DNA of 64,000 bases from a virus. The stretch lies in the IMG/VR virus record IMGVR_UViG_3300035208_003217; one strand, written 5' to 3'. The notes under the pieces were generated by a model. That model was given only the letters and a program-made list of their open reading frames with translations, was not told the origin of the DNA and made no database searches. The position numbers and the translations under genes were made by a program. Positions within the stretch are counted from its first letter, which is position 1. Each line of letters starts with the position of its first letter. Below, one piece after another: positions 16,954 through 25,845 of the stretch.

Positions 16954-17286
16954 TTATCGTTTTTGTGTATAAAAATAACTAATTATATTCTTTATCTTAT
17001 GATTTTTTTGATCTTTTATATCTTGTTGATGAAGTCTTTTCAAAATATTTAAGTCTTGTTCTGATATCAATGCTCCTTGTTCAAGACATTTTGATTGACT
17101 TAATTCATCATAAAATTTTTCAGCGTTACCATCTTTAACAAATTCTGTTAAATTAATATTAAATGGTACATAATTTGGTTTATTTTTTATATTACATTCT
17201 ACAGATGAATTAGAATCTATGAATCTTGCTTGAGGTATTCTAGAAGTACTATCATAATCAAGTATATTATTATAAGTATAATTCAT
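16954..17286 (-). CDS. hypothetical protein
   Basis: 110 aa. Confidence 0.4.
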   Translation of the reverse strand: MNYTYNNILDYDSTSRIPQARFIDSNSSVECNIKNKPNYVPFNINLTEFVKDGNAEKFYDELSQSKCLEQGALISEQDLNILKRLHQQDIKDQKNHKIKNIISYFYTQKR

Positions 17287-17287
17287 A

Positions 17288-17674
17288 TTACTTCAAAACA
17301 TTAACTGTATTTTTTGATACAATCCCATCAACTAATTTGTTAAGAATATCTTTCATATCCTTAACATCAAAACCCATATTTTCAAATGCTTTTGTTAAAA
17401 CTTCAATTTCTTTGGCTTGAATACCATTTTTTTCTCTCATTTGTGATAATTCTTCTACTTTAACTTTTGTTGCTTCTTGAACCTTAACTTTTAATTCATT
17501 TTCAAGAATTCTCTTTTGAGATGCTAGATCTTCATCTTTTTGCTTTAATTTTCTTTCACAATCTTCTATAGTTTGATTTTTCTCTTTAAGATAATTCTCT
17601 GCTAATTTTTTATAATAGTCTCGATCGATTATTATTCTACTGAGCTTTTCTTTTACAATTTTTTTTTCAAACAT
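17288..17674 (-). CDS. hypothetical coiled-coil protein
   Basis: 128 aa, Lys/Glu-rich heptad-like sequence. Confidence 0.4.
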   Translation of the reverse strand: MFEKKIVKEKLSRIIIDRDYYKKLAENYLKEKNQTIEDCERKLKQKDEDLASQKRILENELKVKVQEATKVKVEELSQMREKNGIQAKEIEVLTKAFENMGFDVKDMKDILNKLVDGIVSKNTVNVLK

Positions 17675-17694
17675 ACATTTTATAATTAAATAAA

Positions 17695-18090
17695 TTAAAC
17701 TGTTATACTAGCTTCCGGTGATTCATAAAGTGTAACTTTAATGTTGTTAACTTTATTACCTATTTCTTTCAAAATTAGATTTTTTAAATGTAAGACCAAA
17801 TTTTCGGCAGTAGGATTAAATTCTGTAAGATAAAACAAAAGTCCTGATTCAAACATTACATCAATTAATTTTTCATTTTCTATTTTGTTCTGTATAATAG
17901 TAACATGGTCAAGTTTATTAATAATTGCTTTTAGTTTCTTGAAATCAATAATCATATCATTTTTTAATGAATCTGTTTCTATTTCAACTAATACATCCCA
18001 TCTGTGTCCATGAAGGTTATGACAAGGACCATCATAATTTTCTAACTTGTGAGCCGCATCAAAATGATGCTTTAACTTAAGATTGTACAT
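17695..18090 (-). CDS. queD: 6-carboxy-5,6,7,8-tetrahydropterin synthase QueD
   Basis: FDAAHKL...CHNLHGHRW matches the QueD/PTPS motif CxxxHGH. Confidence 0.8.
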   Translation of the reverse strand: MYNLKLKHHFDAAHKLENYDGPCHNLHGHRWDVLVEIETDSLKNDMIIDFKKLKAIINKLDHVTIIQNKIENEKLIDVMFESGLLFYLTEFNPTAENLVLHLKNLILKEIGNKVNNIKVTLYESPEASITV

Positions 18091-18403
18091 AATATTTCTT
18101 ATAAGTTTCTAAAAATTGTAAATCGTCTTTATTTGGTTTATAATCTAAATCGTTCAAATAATTTTTTGTTTTCTGTAAATATTTTGACCTTACATTTTGC
18201 GAACTAAGTGGTTTTAATCCTTTTCTTCCTTCTGGCTGATGTGTTCTAAAATTATTAAGAGGACAAGCATTATATGGACTATTTGAAACTCTTCCTAGTA
18301 TATGATGCAGGCAATCAGCATCATTTCTTCCGTCTTCCCAATCATAACACCAACCTCCCATATCAAATAAATCCCTAGTTTTTTGTGTAAAATCGTTTTT
18401 CAT
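18077..18403 (-). CDS. putative HNH-like nuclease
   Basis: CLHHILGRVSNSPYNACPLNNFRTH shows an HH...N...N...H arrangement. The call is weak. Confidence 0.35.
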   Translation of the reverse strand: MKNDFTQKTRDLFDMGGWCYDWEDGRNDADCLHHILGRVSNSPYNACPLNNFRTHQPEGRKGLKPLSSQNVRSKYLQKTKNYLNDLDYKPNKDDLQFLETYKKYYVQS

Positions 18404-18565
18404 TCTTTATAAAATGTATCTTCTCCTTTATCATCTAATGATTTCTTTCCAAAGATAAAAGCATATTCACTCCAATTTCTTAATGCTTGCCAAAATCTTT
18501 GTTCAGGATATGTATGACAATAAAGAATAAATGAGTCTAATTGTTCTTTTAATTTTTTATTCATA

Positions 18566-19069
18566 TTATTGAATAGATTTGCTTCTCTCTATTTCATTTT
18601 GTTTTTCTTTTATTCTTTGAACAATTGCTGTAATTATATCTTTAAGTGCTGCTAATTTTAATTTATATTTAAAAAATAATGTTTCATAAAGTATTTGCTG
18701 TGTTGCTAATTCTTTTGTTTCTATCACAAGAATATTTATTATTTGATCTTTATTTTGAACCTTACCTTTTTCAGAGCGGATAGTTTCTGAAACTTCATCC
18801 CAACGTTTAGCAATAACATACTTTATTTCTAGTTTTAATTGTTCTGATATTCTGTTTAAATCTGAGATATAATCAGACATATAAAATTCATATCCAGCTA
18901 ATTTCATCTGTTTTGCTGCTAAATCTCCACCACTGAATGTATTCCAATTTTGTCCTAACTCATCAACAATTACTCTAATTTTTTCCATTACTTTTGATCC
19001 ATCGTCTTTTCCTCTTTCAATATCAAATTGTTTTTTTGCTTTTAAAAATTGTTCTAAAATTAGAGACAT
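18566..19069 (-). CDS. hypothetical protein
   Basis: 167 aa. Confidence 0.45.
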   Translation of the reverse strand: MSLILEQFLKAKKQFDIERGKDDGSKVMEKIRVIVDELGQNWNTFSGGDLAAKQMKLAGYEFYMSDYISDLNRISEQLKLEIKYVIAKRWDEVSETIRSEKGKVQNKDQIINILVIETKELATQQILYETLFFKYKLKLAALKDIITAIVQRIKEKQNEIERSKSIQ

Positions 19070-19070
19070 A

Positions 19071-19292
19071 TTATTTTAAATTAATATAATCAAAAACTTT
19101 TTCTATTTTATCAAGTGCAATATCTTCTTTTTGTTTAATAGCCGCACCTGTTATACTGAATTCTTTAGCAACTTCATTCAATGTTTTGTGGCCAATAAAT
19201 CTCTGTGAAAGAATTATTTTTTCATCTATTGTTAGAGTATCAAGTAATTCTAAAAATGCTTTTTGATTATTAGTTAAATTTTTCTTAATCAT
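19071..19292 (-). CDS. small sigma-70 region-4-like HTH protein (putative transcription regulator)
   Basis: LTIDEKIILSQRFIGHKTLNEVAKEFSITGAAIKQKEDIALDKI resembles a sigma-70 region 4 / LuxR-type helix-turn-helix. Confidence 0.5.
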   Translation of the reverse strand: MIKKNLTNNQKAFLELLDTLTIDEKIILSQRFIGHKTLNEVAKEFSITGAAIKQKEDIALDKIEKVFDYINLK

Positions 19293-20035
19293 ATGCTATA
19301 TTTACAGTTATTTGTTCCATTCACTCCATAACTACACCACCGACAATGTATTCCTTGCTTTGGATCAAATTTAGTTTTAGTTTCTATTTCTTTATAAAAG
19401 TTTCTAACATACTCTTCAAAATTTTTCATATCTTCCATTCCATATTCTACTTTCATCTGTTGCGGAATATAATTATCATTATTAACTTTATTTTTATTAT
19501 TAATACAATAAACAACTGGTAATAATTTTCCTTTTTGTTTTAAAACTGCGTAGGTATAAGTCTTGCTTTGAATTGTTTTGATGTCTTCTTCTTTATAATC
19601 AAACGAACTTGTCTTATATTCTGGAATTTTATCTTCATCAACTCTGTCAATAAATCCATAAAGAGGAACAGGAATTCCAGGAATATCTATTTTAAAACAA
19701 AATTCTGTTTCTATAACTTTACCAATAACTGGATTTTTTTTATATTTTTCAAACATTTTTCTAACTAATCCAAATCTTTCTATTTCCTCATCTGACGGTT
19801 TTGGTGACATTAATGATTTTTTTAAATCATTTATAATATCTTCATTTCCATCTCCTTTGTGAAATCTTTCAAGACATTTATGATAAGCTGTTCCTATAAT
19901 GAAGGCTGGATTAGGCAATTGAACTAATTTTAAAATATAAGCATAATACCACTGTAATGGACAAGTTGAATAAGTATTCATTTGTGAGGCAGAAATTGTT
20001 TTTACTTTAGGCATAAAATTCTTCGTAAATACCAA
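19289..20035 (-). CDS. Cas4/RecB-family PD-(D/E)XK exonuclease with Fe-S cysteines
   Basis: N-terminal ISASQMNTYSTCPLQWYY, core GFIDRVDED...EYKTS, and C-terminal CRWCSY...C. The Cys arrangement is typical of Cas4/AddB-type nucleases. Confidence 0.6.
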   Translation of the reverse strand: MVFTKNFMPKVKTISASQMNTYSTCPLQWYYAYILKLVQLPNPAFIIGTAYHKCLERFHKGDGNEDIINDLKKSLMSPKPSDEEIERFGLVRKMFEKYKKNPVIGKVIETEFCFKIDIPGIPVPLYGFIDRVDEDKIPEYKTSSFDYKEEDIKTIQSKTYTYAVLKQKGKLLPVVYCINNKNKVNNDNYIPQQMKVEYGMEDMKNFEEYVRNFYKEIETKTKFDPKQGIHCRWCSYGVNGTNNCKYSI

Positions 20036-20160
20036 TTACTTCTGCTAAGCATAGAAGAAGTGCGGCCATTAATAAGTTATCAAGTATTGATAAAAAGGCA
20101 ATTATTCTAACAGCACTTTTTAGAAAGCTAATTTTTGTATGTTTTGAATACTTTTTCATA

Positions 20161-20877
20161 TTAAGACATTAATTGTATTTTTTTATCATTATATTTTTTT
20201 ATAATAATCTTTTGAACAGAAGTTTCCTTAACTGCCTTAACTGATTCTTCAAGACTTTGAAGTTGTTCAATTGTTTTACAATTATTTATTTTTGTTTCAA
20301 GATCTACTACTTCTTGAGGGATTGTGACTTCAGTGGATTCATCTTCTTTTACTTTAACTTCAATTATATCATCATCAATATTTTGCTCATAAAGTTCTTT
20401 TCCTATTCCAAAATAACGACAAGCATTCTTGAAAGCAGATGTTCTAGCTCCTTTATAAGCATTAGCAATATTTTTGGCAAAGGCACCACCATTTCCAGTT
20501 CTAGAAAATAGTTCTTTATTCAGTTTAATTATTATTTTAATTTCCATAGCAACAGCCCAAGCCTTGCCAATTATTTCTTCTTTTCTTATATCTGATACCA
20601 TTTCCCAATTACCAATGCCTACAACTTCATTTAAACGGTTTATTGCGGCTTGTGCGTTATATCCTTTAAACTTCTTTCCTTCTTCTTCATATTCAATAAT
20701 ATATTTATCTTCAATAGGAGCACTTAATTTTTTATAGAGTTCTAAAAATATATCTTTCTCAGGTTTAGAAGATTTTTTTTGAAGATTAGTAGGAATAGGA
20801 AAAGTTTTTGTCTTAGAATTTTCAACTGTTGTTGAAGTAGTGATACCGCTAGGTCCTAATATTGAATTTTTATCCAT
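20161..20877 (-). CDS. Rad52/Sak-like single-strand annealing protein
   Basis: GYNAQAAINRLNEVVGIGNW and TSAFKNACRYFGIGKELYEQ match the Rad52-family core (cf. TDALKRALRNFGNALGNCLYD). Confidence 0.55.
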   Translation of the reverse strand: MDKNSILGPSGITTSTTVENSKTKTFPIPTNLQKKSSKPEKDIFLELYKKLSAPIEDKYIIEYEEEGKKFKGYNAQAAINRLNEVVGIGNWEMVSDIRKEEIIGKAWAVAMEIKIIIKLNKELFSRTGNGGAFAKNIANAYKGARTSAFKNACRYFGIGKELYEQNIDDDIIEVKVKEDESTEVTIPQEVVDLETKINNCKTIEQLQSLEESVKAVKETSVQKIIIKKYNDKKIQLMS

Positions 20878-20899
20878 ATAATTTTTAGTTAGTTAATAA

Positions 20900-21793
20900 T
20901 TAAAAAGGAATATCATCAACATTTACTTCATTTTCCTGAATTCCTTCTTCTGGAAATTCAAATTCTGTATCTTTAACTTTTGGTTGTGTTACATCAACTT
21001 CATAAACTATTTCGTTATTGTTTTTCTTTTTGATAGGAGCAATAAATGAAAAGAATTTATTTAATTCTTTCTGTAAATTTAATTGTTCTTTAAAATTTGT
21101 AATTTCACCTCTTTCAAACATAATATGCCAATAGGTAATATCTCCAACTTTCTTTTCAATTAAATTAAAATGAGTCATAAATCCTGCCCAAGGCTCATTA
21201 TTTTCAAATGAATTCTTATAATCAAACCAACCATTATCAGAAGTCATCTTTAATTTAATTCTAACAATTGTTCCAGATGCTTCTAGATTAACATAAAGCA
21301 TAACAAATAAATCATAGTCTTTTGTTTTCTTTCCTTTGTCATCTGTATTTGTAAAATTGTCTCTTATGTCAGAATATTGTCCTTCAAAAATTATATTACC
21401 TCTTTTTCCTTTTTCATATAATTGAATATGACTATCCCATCCGTCAAATTCATCTGAGCGATATTGATTTTCATCTTTAACATACTTCTTTTCAATCATA
21501 AACCTTTCTTTTAAGATAACCCCTGAAATATCTCCTGATAAAAAATCCTCAATCATCTGTCCTTCTTCATCTTTCTTAAGCATTAAAAATCCTTTTTTCG
21601 CAGGAACTTCTACTTCTTGTTCTACTCCATCAATGGTTGCCATTTTCTTTGTTTTCTTATTATTAATTGTAACAATAGGAACAAAGGGAATAGACATAGA
21701 TTTTGATTGACCAGCTATAGATTGTGAAGCATCAATATCTTCTTGACTAAATGTTGGTTTATTATCGCTTATTTTAGTTAATTGATTTTCCAT
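20900..21793 (-). CDS. putative ssDNA-binding protein with SSB-type acidic C-terminal tail
   Basis: C-terminus ...NEVNVDDIPF (E. coli SSB ends DDDIPF). It lies in the recombination module next to the annealing protein. Confidence 0.45.
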   Translation of the reverse strand: MENQLTKISDNKPTFSQEDIDASQSIAGQSKSMSIPFVPIVTINNKKTKKMATIDGVEQEVEVPAKKGFLMLKKDEEGQMIEDFLSGDISGVILKERFMIEKKYVKDENQYRSDEFDGWDSHIQLYEKGKRGNIIFEGQYSDIRDNFTNTDDKGKKTKDYDLFVMLYVNLEASGTIVRIKLKMTSDNGWFDYKNSFENNEPWAGFMTHFNLIEKKVGDITYWHIMFERGEITNFKEQLNLQKELNKFFSFIAPIKKKNNNEIVYEVDVTQPKVKDTEFEFPEEGIQENEVNVDDIPF

Positions 21794-21797
21794 AAAT

Positions 21798-22295
21798 TTA
21801 ATTATTATTTTTTATAGTAATAAAAGATGTTTTTTGTTCAATTACTCCATCAAGTAATTTACCTTCTACATTTTCATATTTTTCAATGATATCCATAATC
21901 ATTTTTTTGTCTTTCACAATTATGTCATGTTTGAATGCTTTTTGAGCTTCTTTAATATCTATTCCTAATTCTTTTAATGAGTCTGAATGAGCAGAAATAG
22001 ATGCTAAAAGAACTGACGGATCATCTACTTTAAGAGTCTTTCTTACTTGTTTACTAATAGATACATTCTCTAATGTTACATTAGTTTCATTATTCTTTTC
22101 AAGAATAAGAATAACTTCTTCTCTTAATATTCTATCTCTTTCTATTAACTCTTTAAGTTGTTCTGTTTCCTTAATGATTAATTGTTCAAATTCTGCTTTC
22201 TTTTTTAAAATTAAATCCTCAAGTTCTTTCTTTTGATTATTAACTTCAATTAAACTACCAAAAATACTCATATAATTATATTTTAGTTTGTTCAA
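21798..22295 (-). CDS. hypothetical coiled-coil protein
   Basis: 165 aa. Confidence 0.4.
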   Translation of the reverse strand: MNKLKYNYMSIFGSLIEVNNQKKELEDLILKKKAEFEQLIIKETEQLKELIERDRILREEVILILEKNNETNVTLENVSISKQVRKTLKVDDPSVLLASISAHSDSLKELGIDIKEAQKAFKHDIIVKDKKMIMDIIEKYENVEGKLLDGVIEQKTSFITIKNNN

Positions 22296-23670
22296 TTAGT
22301 TTTATTAGAGATTCTCCTTCCTCAATATACTTCATAAAATCAAAGATTCTATCTGAATATCCTCCTAAATGAATAGCTTTATTTGAAGATATATCCTTAG
22401 TTCCATATCCTTGTAAATCAAAACAATAAATAAAGCAATCATTTAATTTTCGATATTCATTGTAATATTTTTGAACTCCATATTTACCCTCTAGCCAACT
22501 TTCATTATCTGATAAGATAATAATCCTATCATATTTAACACCTTTTTCAAGTTGTTTGAGGGCATATTTATAAACTAAAGATGTTTCTGTTCCACCTCCA
22601 TTAGCTTTTTCAATTATCTGATTAGTAATAGTTAATGTGCTATCACCTTTCATTAGTTTAAAATTACTAACTGAACTATTATATTGAATTAAATCTGCAT
22701 CATTAGATTTAAACAAAGTCGCCGCTAAGATAGATGCCTTTTTAACTGGATCGCCTGACATTGAACCAGAAGTATCAATAGCGATAAGAGTTTTACCTTC
22801 AAATTTTGGAACACTGGACAATGAAATATCAAGAGCTTTTGAAATAGATTCAAGCATTGTCTGATTATCTATATTATCATAGGCATTATAAAATCTAAAT
22901 GGTAATTGTTTTGAATTCTTGACAGCATTAATATCTTCAATTATATTACAAGCTTTCTTAATAGTAATATCATCTCCATCTTTAGCAATATTTCTTAAAT
23001 TACGAAGTAAAGCCATATAACCAATCTTATTCTCAGAAACTAAATCTTTCCATACTTTCTTTTTATCTTCTCCAGATGAAAGACGAGCCTCCCATGTTTC
23101 TGTATTTTTAAGATTTCCTTCAATCAAATCTTTCCAGGCTTGTTTTTGGTCTTCTCTAGCAAATTTTGGATTAGGATGTGCGATATTAAATAAATCAACT
23201 AACTTAACTTTCTTTGCTTCTGCTTTATATTTTGCTAATTGATAAGGACTAAATTTTAATAATGAATGTCTAATTCCTTTTTTAATTTGTTTTGGAATAG
23301 GTTTCTTTATTAGAGCCACTAATTCTGTTAAATCATCTGGTCTCTCTGCTGTTTCAATAAGCAATCTACATATTAGACTATCTCCTCTATGCTTTTTTGC
23401 TAATAAACTAATTAAAAGAGTAGAAACTGATCTAAGATGAAATTGACAACGAGCAACAACTACTAATTGTGCAATAAATATATCATCTACTAATCCGCAT
23501 AACTCAGTAATTCTTTTTATTCTATCTTTTTCTGTTTCATAAAATTTATCTTCAAGAAAAGTTGTTAAAACTGCCATTACAAGTTCAGTTTTATAATCAT
23601 GTTTAAATGCTTTGCCACCTGCTAAGTTTGCGACTTTGGTGGTTTCTTTTTTTTGATTAAATTTTGACAT
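22276..23670 (-). CDS. rsr: Ro60 ortholog (Rsr): TROVE domain plus vWA domain
   Basis: N-terminal LAGGKAFKHD...FLEDKFYETEKD fits the Ro60 start pattern (AGG.AF...GGTYY..E). YMALLRNLRNI matches Ro60 LTALLRNLGKM and LPFRFYNAY matches HPFHILIAL. C-terminal vWA MIDAS motif DTSGSM. 464 aa. Confidence 0.7.
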   Translation of the reverse strand: MSKFNQKKETTKVANLAGGKAFKHDYKTELVMAVLTTFLEDKFYETEKDRIKRITELCGLVDDIFIAQLVVVARCQFHLRSVSTLLISLLAKKHRGDSLICRLLIETAERPDDLTELVALIKKPIPKQIKKGIRHSLLKFSPYQLAKYKAEAKKVKLVDLFNIAHPNPKFAREDQKQAWKDLIEGNLKNTETWEARLSSGEDKKKVWKDLVSENKIGYMALLRNLRNIAKDGDDITIKKACNIIEDINAVKNSKQLPFRFYNAYDNIDNQTMLESISKALDISLSSVPKFEGKTLIAIDTSGSMSGDPVKKASILAATLFKSNDADLIQYNSSVSNFKLMKGDSTLTITNQIIEKANGGGTETSLVYKYALKQLEKGVKYDRIIILSDNESWLEGKYGVQKYYNEYRKLNDCFIYCFDLQGYGTKDISSNKAIHLGGYSDRIFDFMKYIEEGESLIKLIEQTKI

Positions 23671-23677
23671 AATGTTT

Positions 23678-23810
23678 TTTGAGGGGAAAGTTTAAAACAG
23701 AAATTTATCGTGCTCTACCACTGAGCTAACTCTCCATAATGGAGAGTGTTGGACTCGAACCAACGACCACGTCGTTAAAAGCGAAGTAACTGTTTTTATC
23801 ACCACCTCTA
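23678..23810 (-). ncRNA. Y-RNA-like ncRNA (YrlA-type) with permuted tRNA-like module
   Basis: Read on the minus strand, the order is T-arm (GTTGG-TTCGAGT-CCAAC), then acceptor 3' strand ACTCTCC, a 5 nt loop, acceptor 5' strand GGAGAGT, then D-arm TAGCTCAGTGGTAGAGC. The outer ends pair (AAAACAG with CTGTTTT, and GAGG(T)GG with CCCCTC with one bulge). It lies immediately 5' of rsr. Confidence 0.5.
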
Positions 23811-24143
23811 ATTAAAAATTAACTAACTACATCTTTATTTTATGTCCAAGAAAGACTATTTCTGGAGTATGCTAGAAATGAGCGACTCAGTATATCGAGT
23901 CTATTGTCTCGCTTTATAGAGGCTTGAAGATCACTTGAGAGGTCGATATCTCAAAGTCTTAGTATTTATAATCCGAAGATTATAACTGTAATTTCATATG
24001 TTTATGATGAACTCATTTACTTTACTACCAGTTGTGAGGAGATAAATATAAGCGATAATCTAGGCGAACCTAGTATCTAAATAAAGCAAAATTTATTGAT
24101 GTATTCGCTTATGTTACAACCTCATAACTGCTAATAAAAATTG

Positions 24144-24611
24144 TTAAAAATCTATATCATCAGCTTCCCATTCTTTCTTTTTTATTTCTTTGTTTATATG
24201 CTTTTCATTTGGATCCTGATATTCTTCTGATTTGTATCTTTTAGTATACCATTCCATAAATTTCTTTGATGGTCCATAATATTTAGCTCCAATAGTTCCA
24301 ATCTTAGAATTTTCAACATAATAAGTATCAATTGGAATTCGCATATATCCAATAGCCTTATCAACCATTTTTCCTTCTTTATTATCCCAAACATATTCTA
24401 AATTGTTATCAAAGATTAACCCAGCCTCTTCTATATCTTTTGGACTTAACCATCCCATACAAGTATAACGCCATCCTTCAAGCTCTTTTTGTTCTACCCA
24501 TTCCTTTCCTTTTTGAAGAAAATCTTTAAATGTTTTTTTGTTGGAACCACTTATTATTTCTCCAACAGATGATTCCATTTGATTCAAGTTCTTTAAGTCT
24601 ATTAAGCTCAT
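24144..24611 (-). CDS. hypothetical protein with acidic C-terminal tail
   Basis: 155 aa ending ...KKEWEADDIDF. The start is uncertain because it overlaps the upstream ORF. Confidence 0.4.
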   Translation of the reverse strand: MSLIDLKNLNQMESSVGEIISGSNKKTFKDFLQKGKEWVEQKELEGWRYTCMGWLSPKDIEEAGLIFDNNLEYVWDNKEGKMVDKAIGYMRIPIDTYYVENSKIGTIGAKYYGPSKKFMEWYTKRYKSEEYQDPNEKHINKEIKKKEWEADDIDF

Positions 24612-25035
24612 ATACTTTTTCTCCGTTAGTTAATATAATAATTGGCTCTTGACCATTAAGTAAATCTAAATCTTCTTCAAGATACTTTCCAATTGTTTCA
24701 AGTGCTATGCGATAATCTCCAATTTTAGCTTTTAAATAGTTATAAACCTTCTCAATCTTTTCTAAAGAGAATCCTGACATCTTACTTGCTATAGATTGAT
24801 TTCTAGTATAAAAGAAAATTGCTTGCTCATAATTATCAATTGCTGTTCCTTTTAATTGTAAAAATTTTGACATTATTTTTTGATATGGAAGTCCTGTTTC
24901 TATGCTATATCTTAAATAGTAATCTTTATTCCAATGTTCTTTCCACCAAGTAGCTTTTGAATATAATATTCCATTTTTTTTACTTATAGCATCAGGTAGG
25001 TCTTTTAATTCATTTTTAACTTCTTCATAGGACAT
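24526..25035 (-). CDS. hypothetical protein
   Basis: 169 aa. First gene downstream of the minus-strand consensus promoter. Confidence 0.45.
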   Translation of the reverse strand: MSYEEVKNELKDLPDAISKKNGILYSKATWWKEHWNKDYYLRYSIETGLPYQKIMSKFLQLKGTAIDNYEQAIFFYTRNQSIASKMSGFSLEKIEKVYNYLKAKIGDYRIALETIGKYLEEDLDLLNGQEPIIILTNGEKVYELNRLKELESNGIICWRNNKWFQQKNI

Positions 25036-25056
25036 ATGTTTTAATTTCTTACTTAT

Positions 25057-25085
25057 ATTATATGTTATATTTAAAAAAAAGTCAA
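25057..25085 (-). promoter_or_regulatory. promoter-like element (minus strand): TTGACT, 17 bp spacer, TATAAT
   Basis: Reverse complement reads GGTTGACTTTTTTTTAAATATAACATATAATATAAG, about 15 bp upstream of the ATG at 25035. It shares the extended consensus GGTTGACTTT...AACATATAATA with two plus-strand copies. Confidence 0.5.
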
Positions 25086-25208
25086 CCTATCTCTTTTTGC
25101 TTAATTTTAAACCACCTCAATAATAGTCTATTTTAATTAATTTTATTTTAAATTATTACTCTTAATAGTTATCCCCAGATTATCCGGTCTATTATAGTTT
25201 TAGAGGGG

Positions 25209-25237
25209 TTGACTTTTTGATTTTAATAACATATAAT
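25209..25237 (+). promoter_or_regulatory. promoter-like element: TTGACT, 17 bp spacer, TATAAT
   Basis: AGGGGTTGACTTTTTGATTTTAATAACATATAATAGT. Same extended consensus as the copy at 30915. Confidence 0.5.
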
Positions 25238-25706
25238 AGTATTATAAAATTAATTATTCTCATATGATAAAAAATATTTCATCGTAGTTAAATCCTTTTT
25301 TGTTTGCTAGTGTAAATAAGAAAGGTTTTTTTATTTCCATCTCCAAACAAAAAATATACTGCAGGTTAGGTAACGGTTTAGAGTTTGAGGGCGCCTCCTG
25401 CGGATACCAATTTAATGCCCCTCCAACTAAGAGCTACGCCTATTGACTCATTCTTCCCAATTAGCTTTTTCTGTCTATTACATTACGCTTTATTTTGTCT
25501 TGTGTAATAGAATTACTCTGCCCCAAACTGCTGGTTAGCAGAAGAGAAGACAAAAAGATAATTCTCAAATAACAAGAGATAAAAATTATCTAAGAATCCG
25601 TTAAGAACGGTATCTGTGGAATCAGAACACGGTACATTTACTACAACCTTGATCTATTCTCCCAATTAGTATTACCCAAGTTGTAACAACAATTAATTTT
25701 AATATT

Positions 25707-25844
25707 ATGTGTCCTATTGAAACTAAACACCGACAAGAATGTGAAGTTTATTCAAGAGTAACAGGATATTTAACTCCGATTCGTCAATGGAATGATGCTA
25801 AGTTAGCAGAATTTAAAGATCGTAGGACATTTAAAACAAAATAA
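25707..25844 (+). CDS. small ORF resembling the C-terminal glycyl-radical tail of anaerobic ribonucleotide reductase NrdD
   Basis: 45 aa, MCPIETKHRQECEVYSRVTGYLTPIRQWNDAKLAEFKDRRTFKTK. SRVTGY fits the glycyl-radical motif RVxGY. No upstream exon exists in this frame. Confidence 0.4.
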   Translation: MCPIETKHRQECEVYSRVTGYLTPIRQWNDAKLAEFKDRRTFKTK

Positions 25845-25845
25845 T

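Noticed and set aside
23700-23800. Possible ordinary tRNA gene, suggested by GGTTCGAGTCC and TAGCTCAGTGGTAGAGC motifs.
   Set aside because: The T-arm plus 3' acceptor half lies 5' of the D-arm plus 5' acceptor half on the same strand, and there is no anticodon arm. It cannot be a conventional tRNA. I reinterpreted it as a permuted tRNA-like (Y-RNA-type) module.
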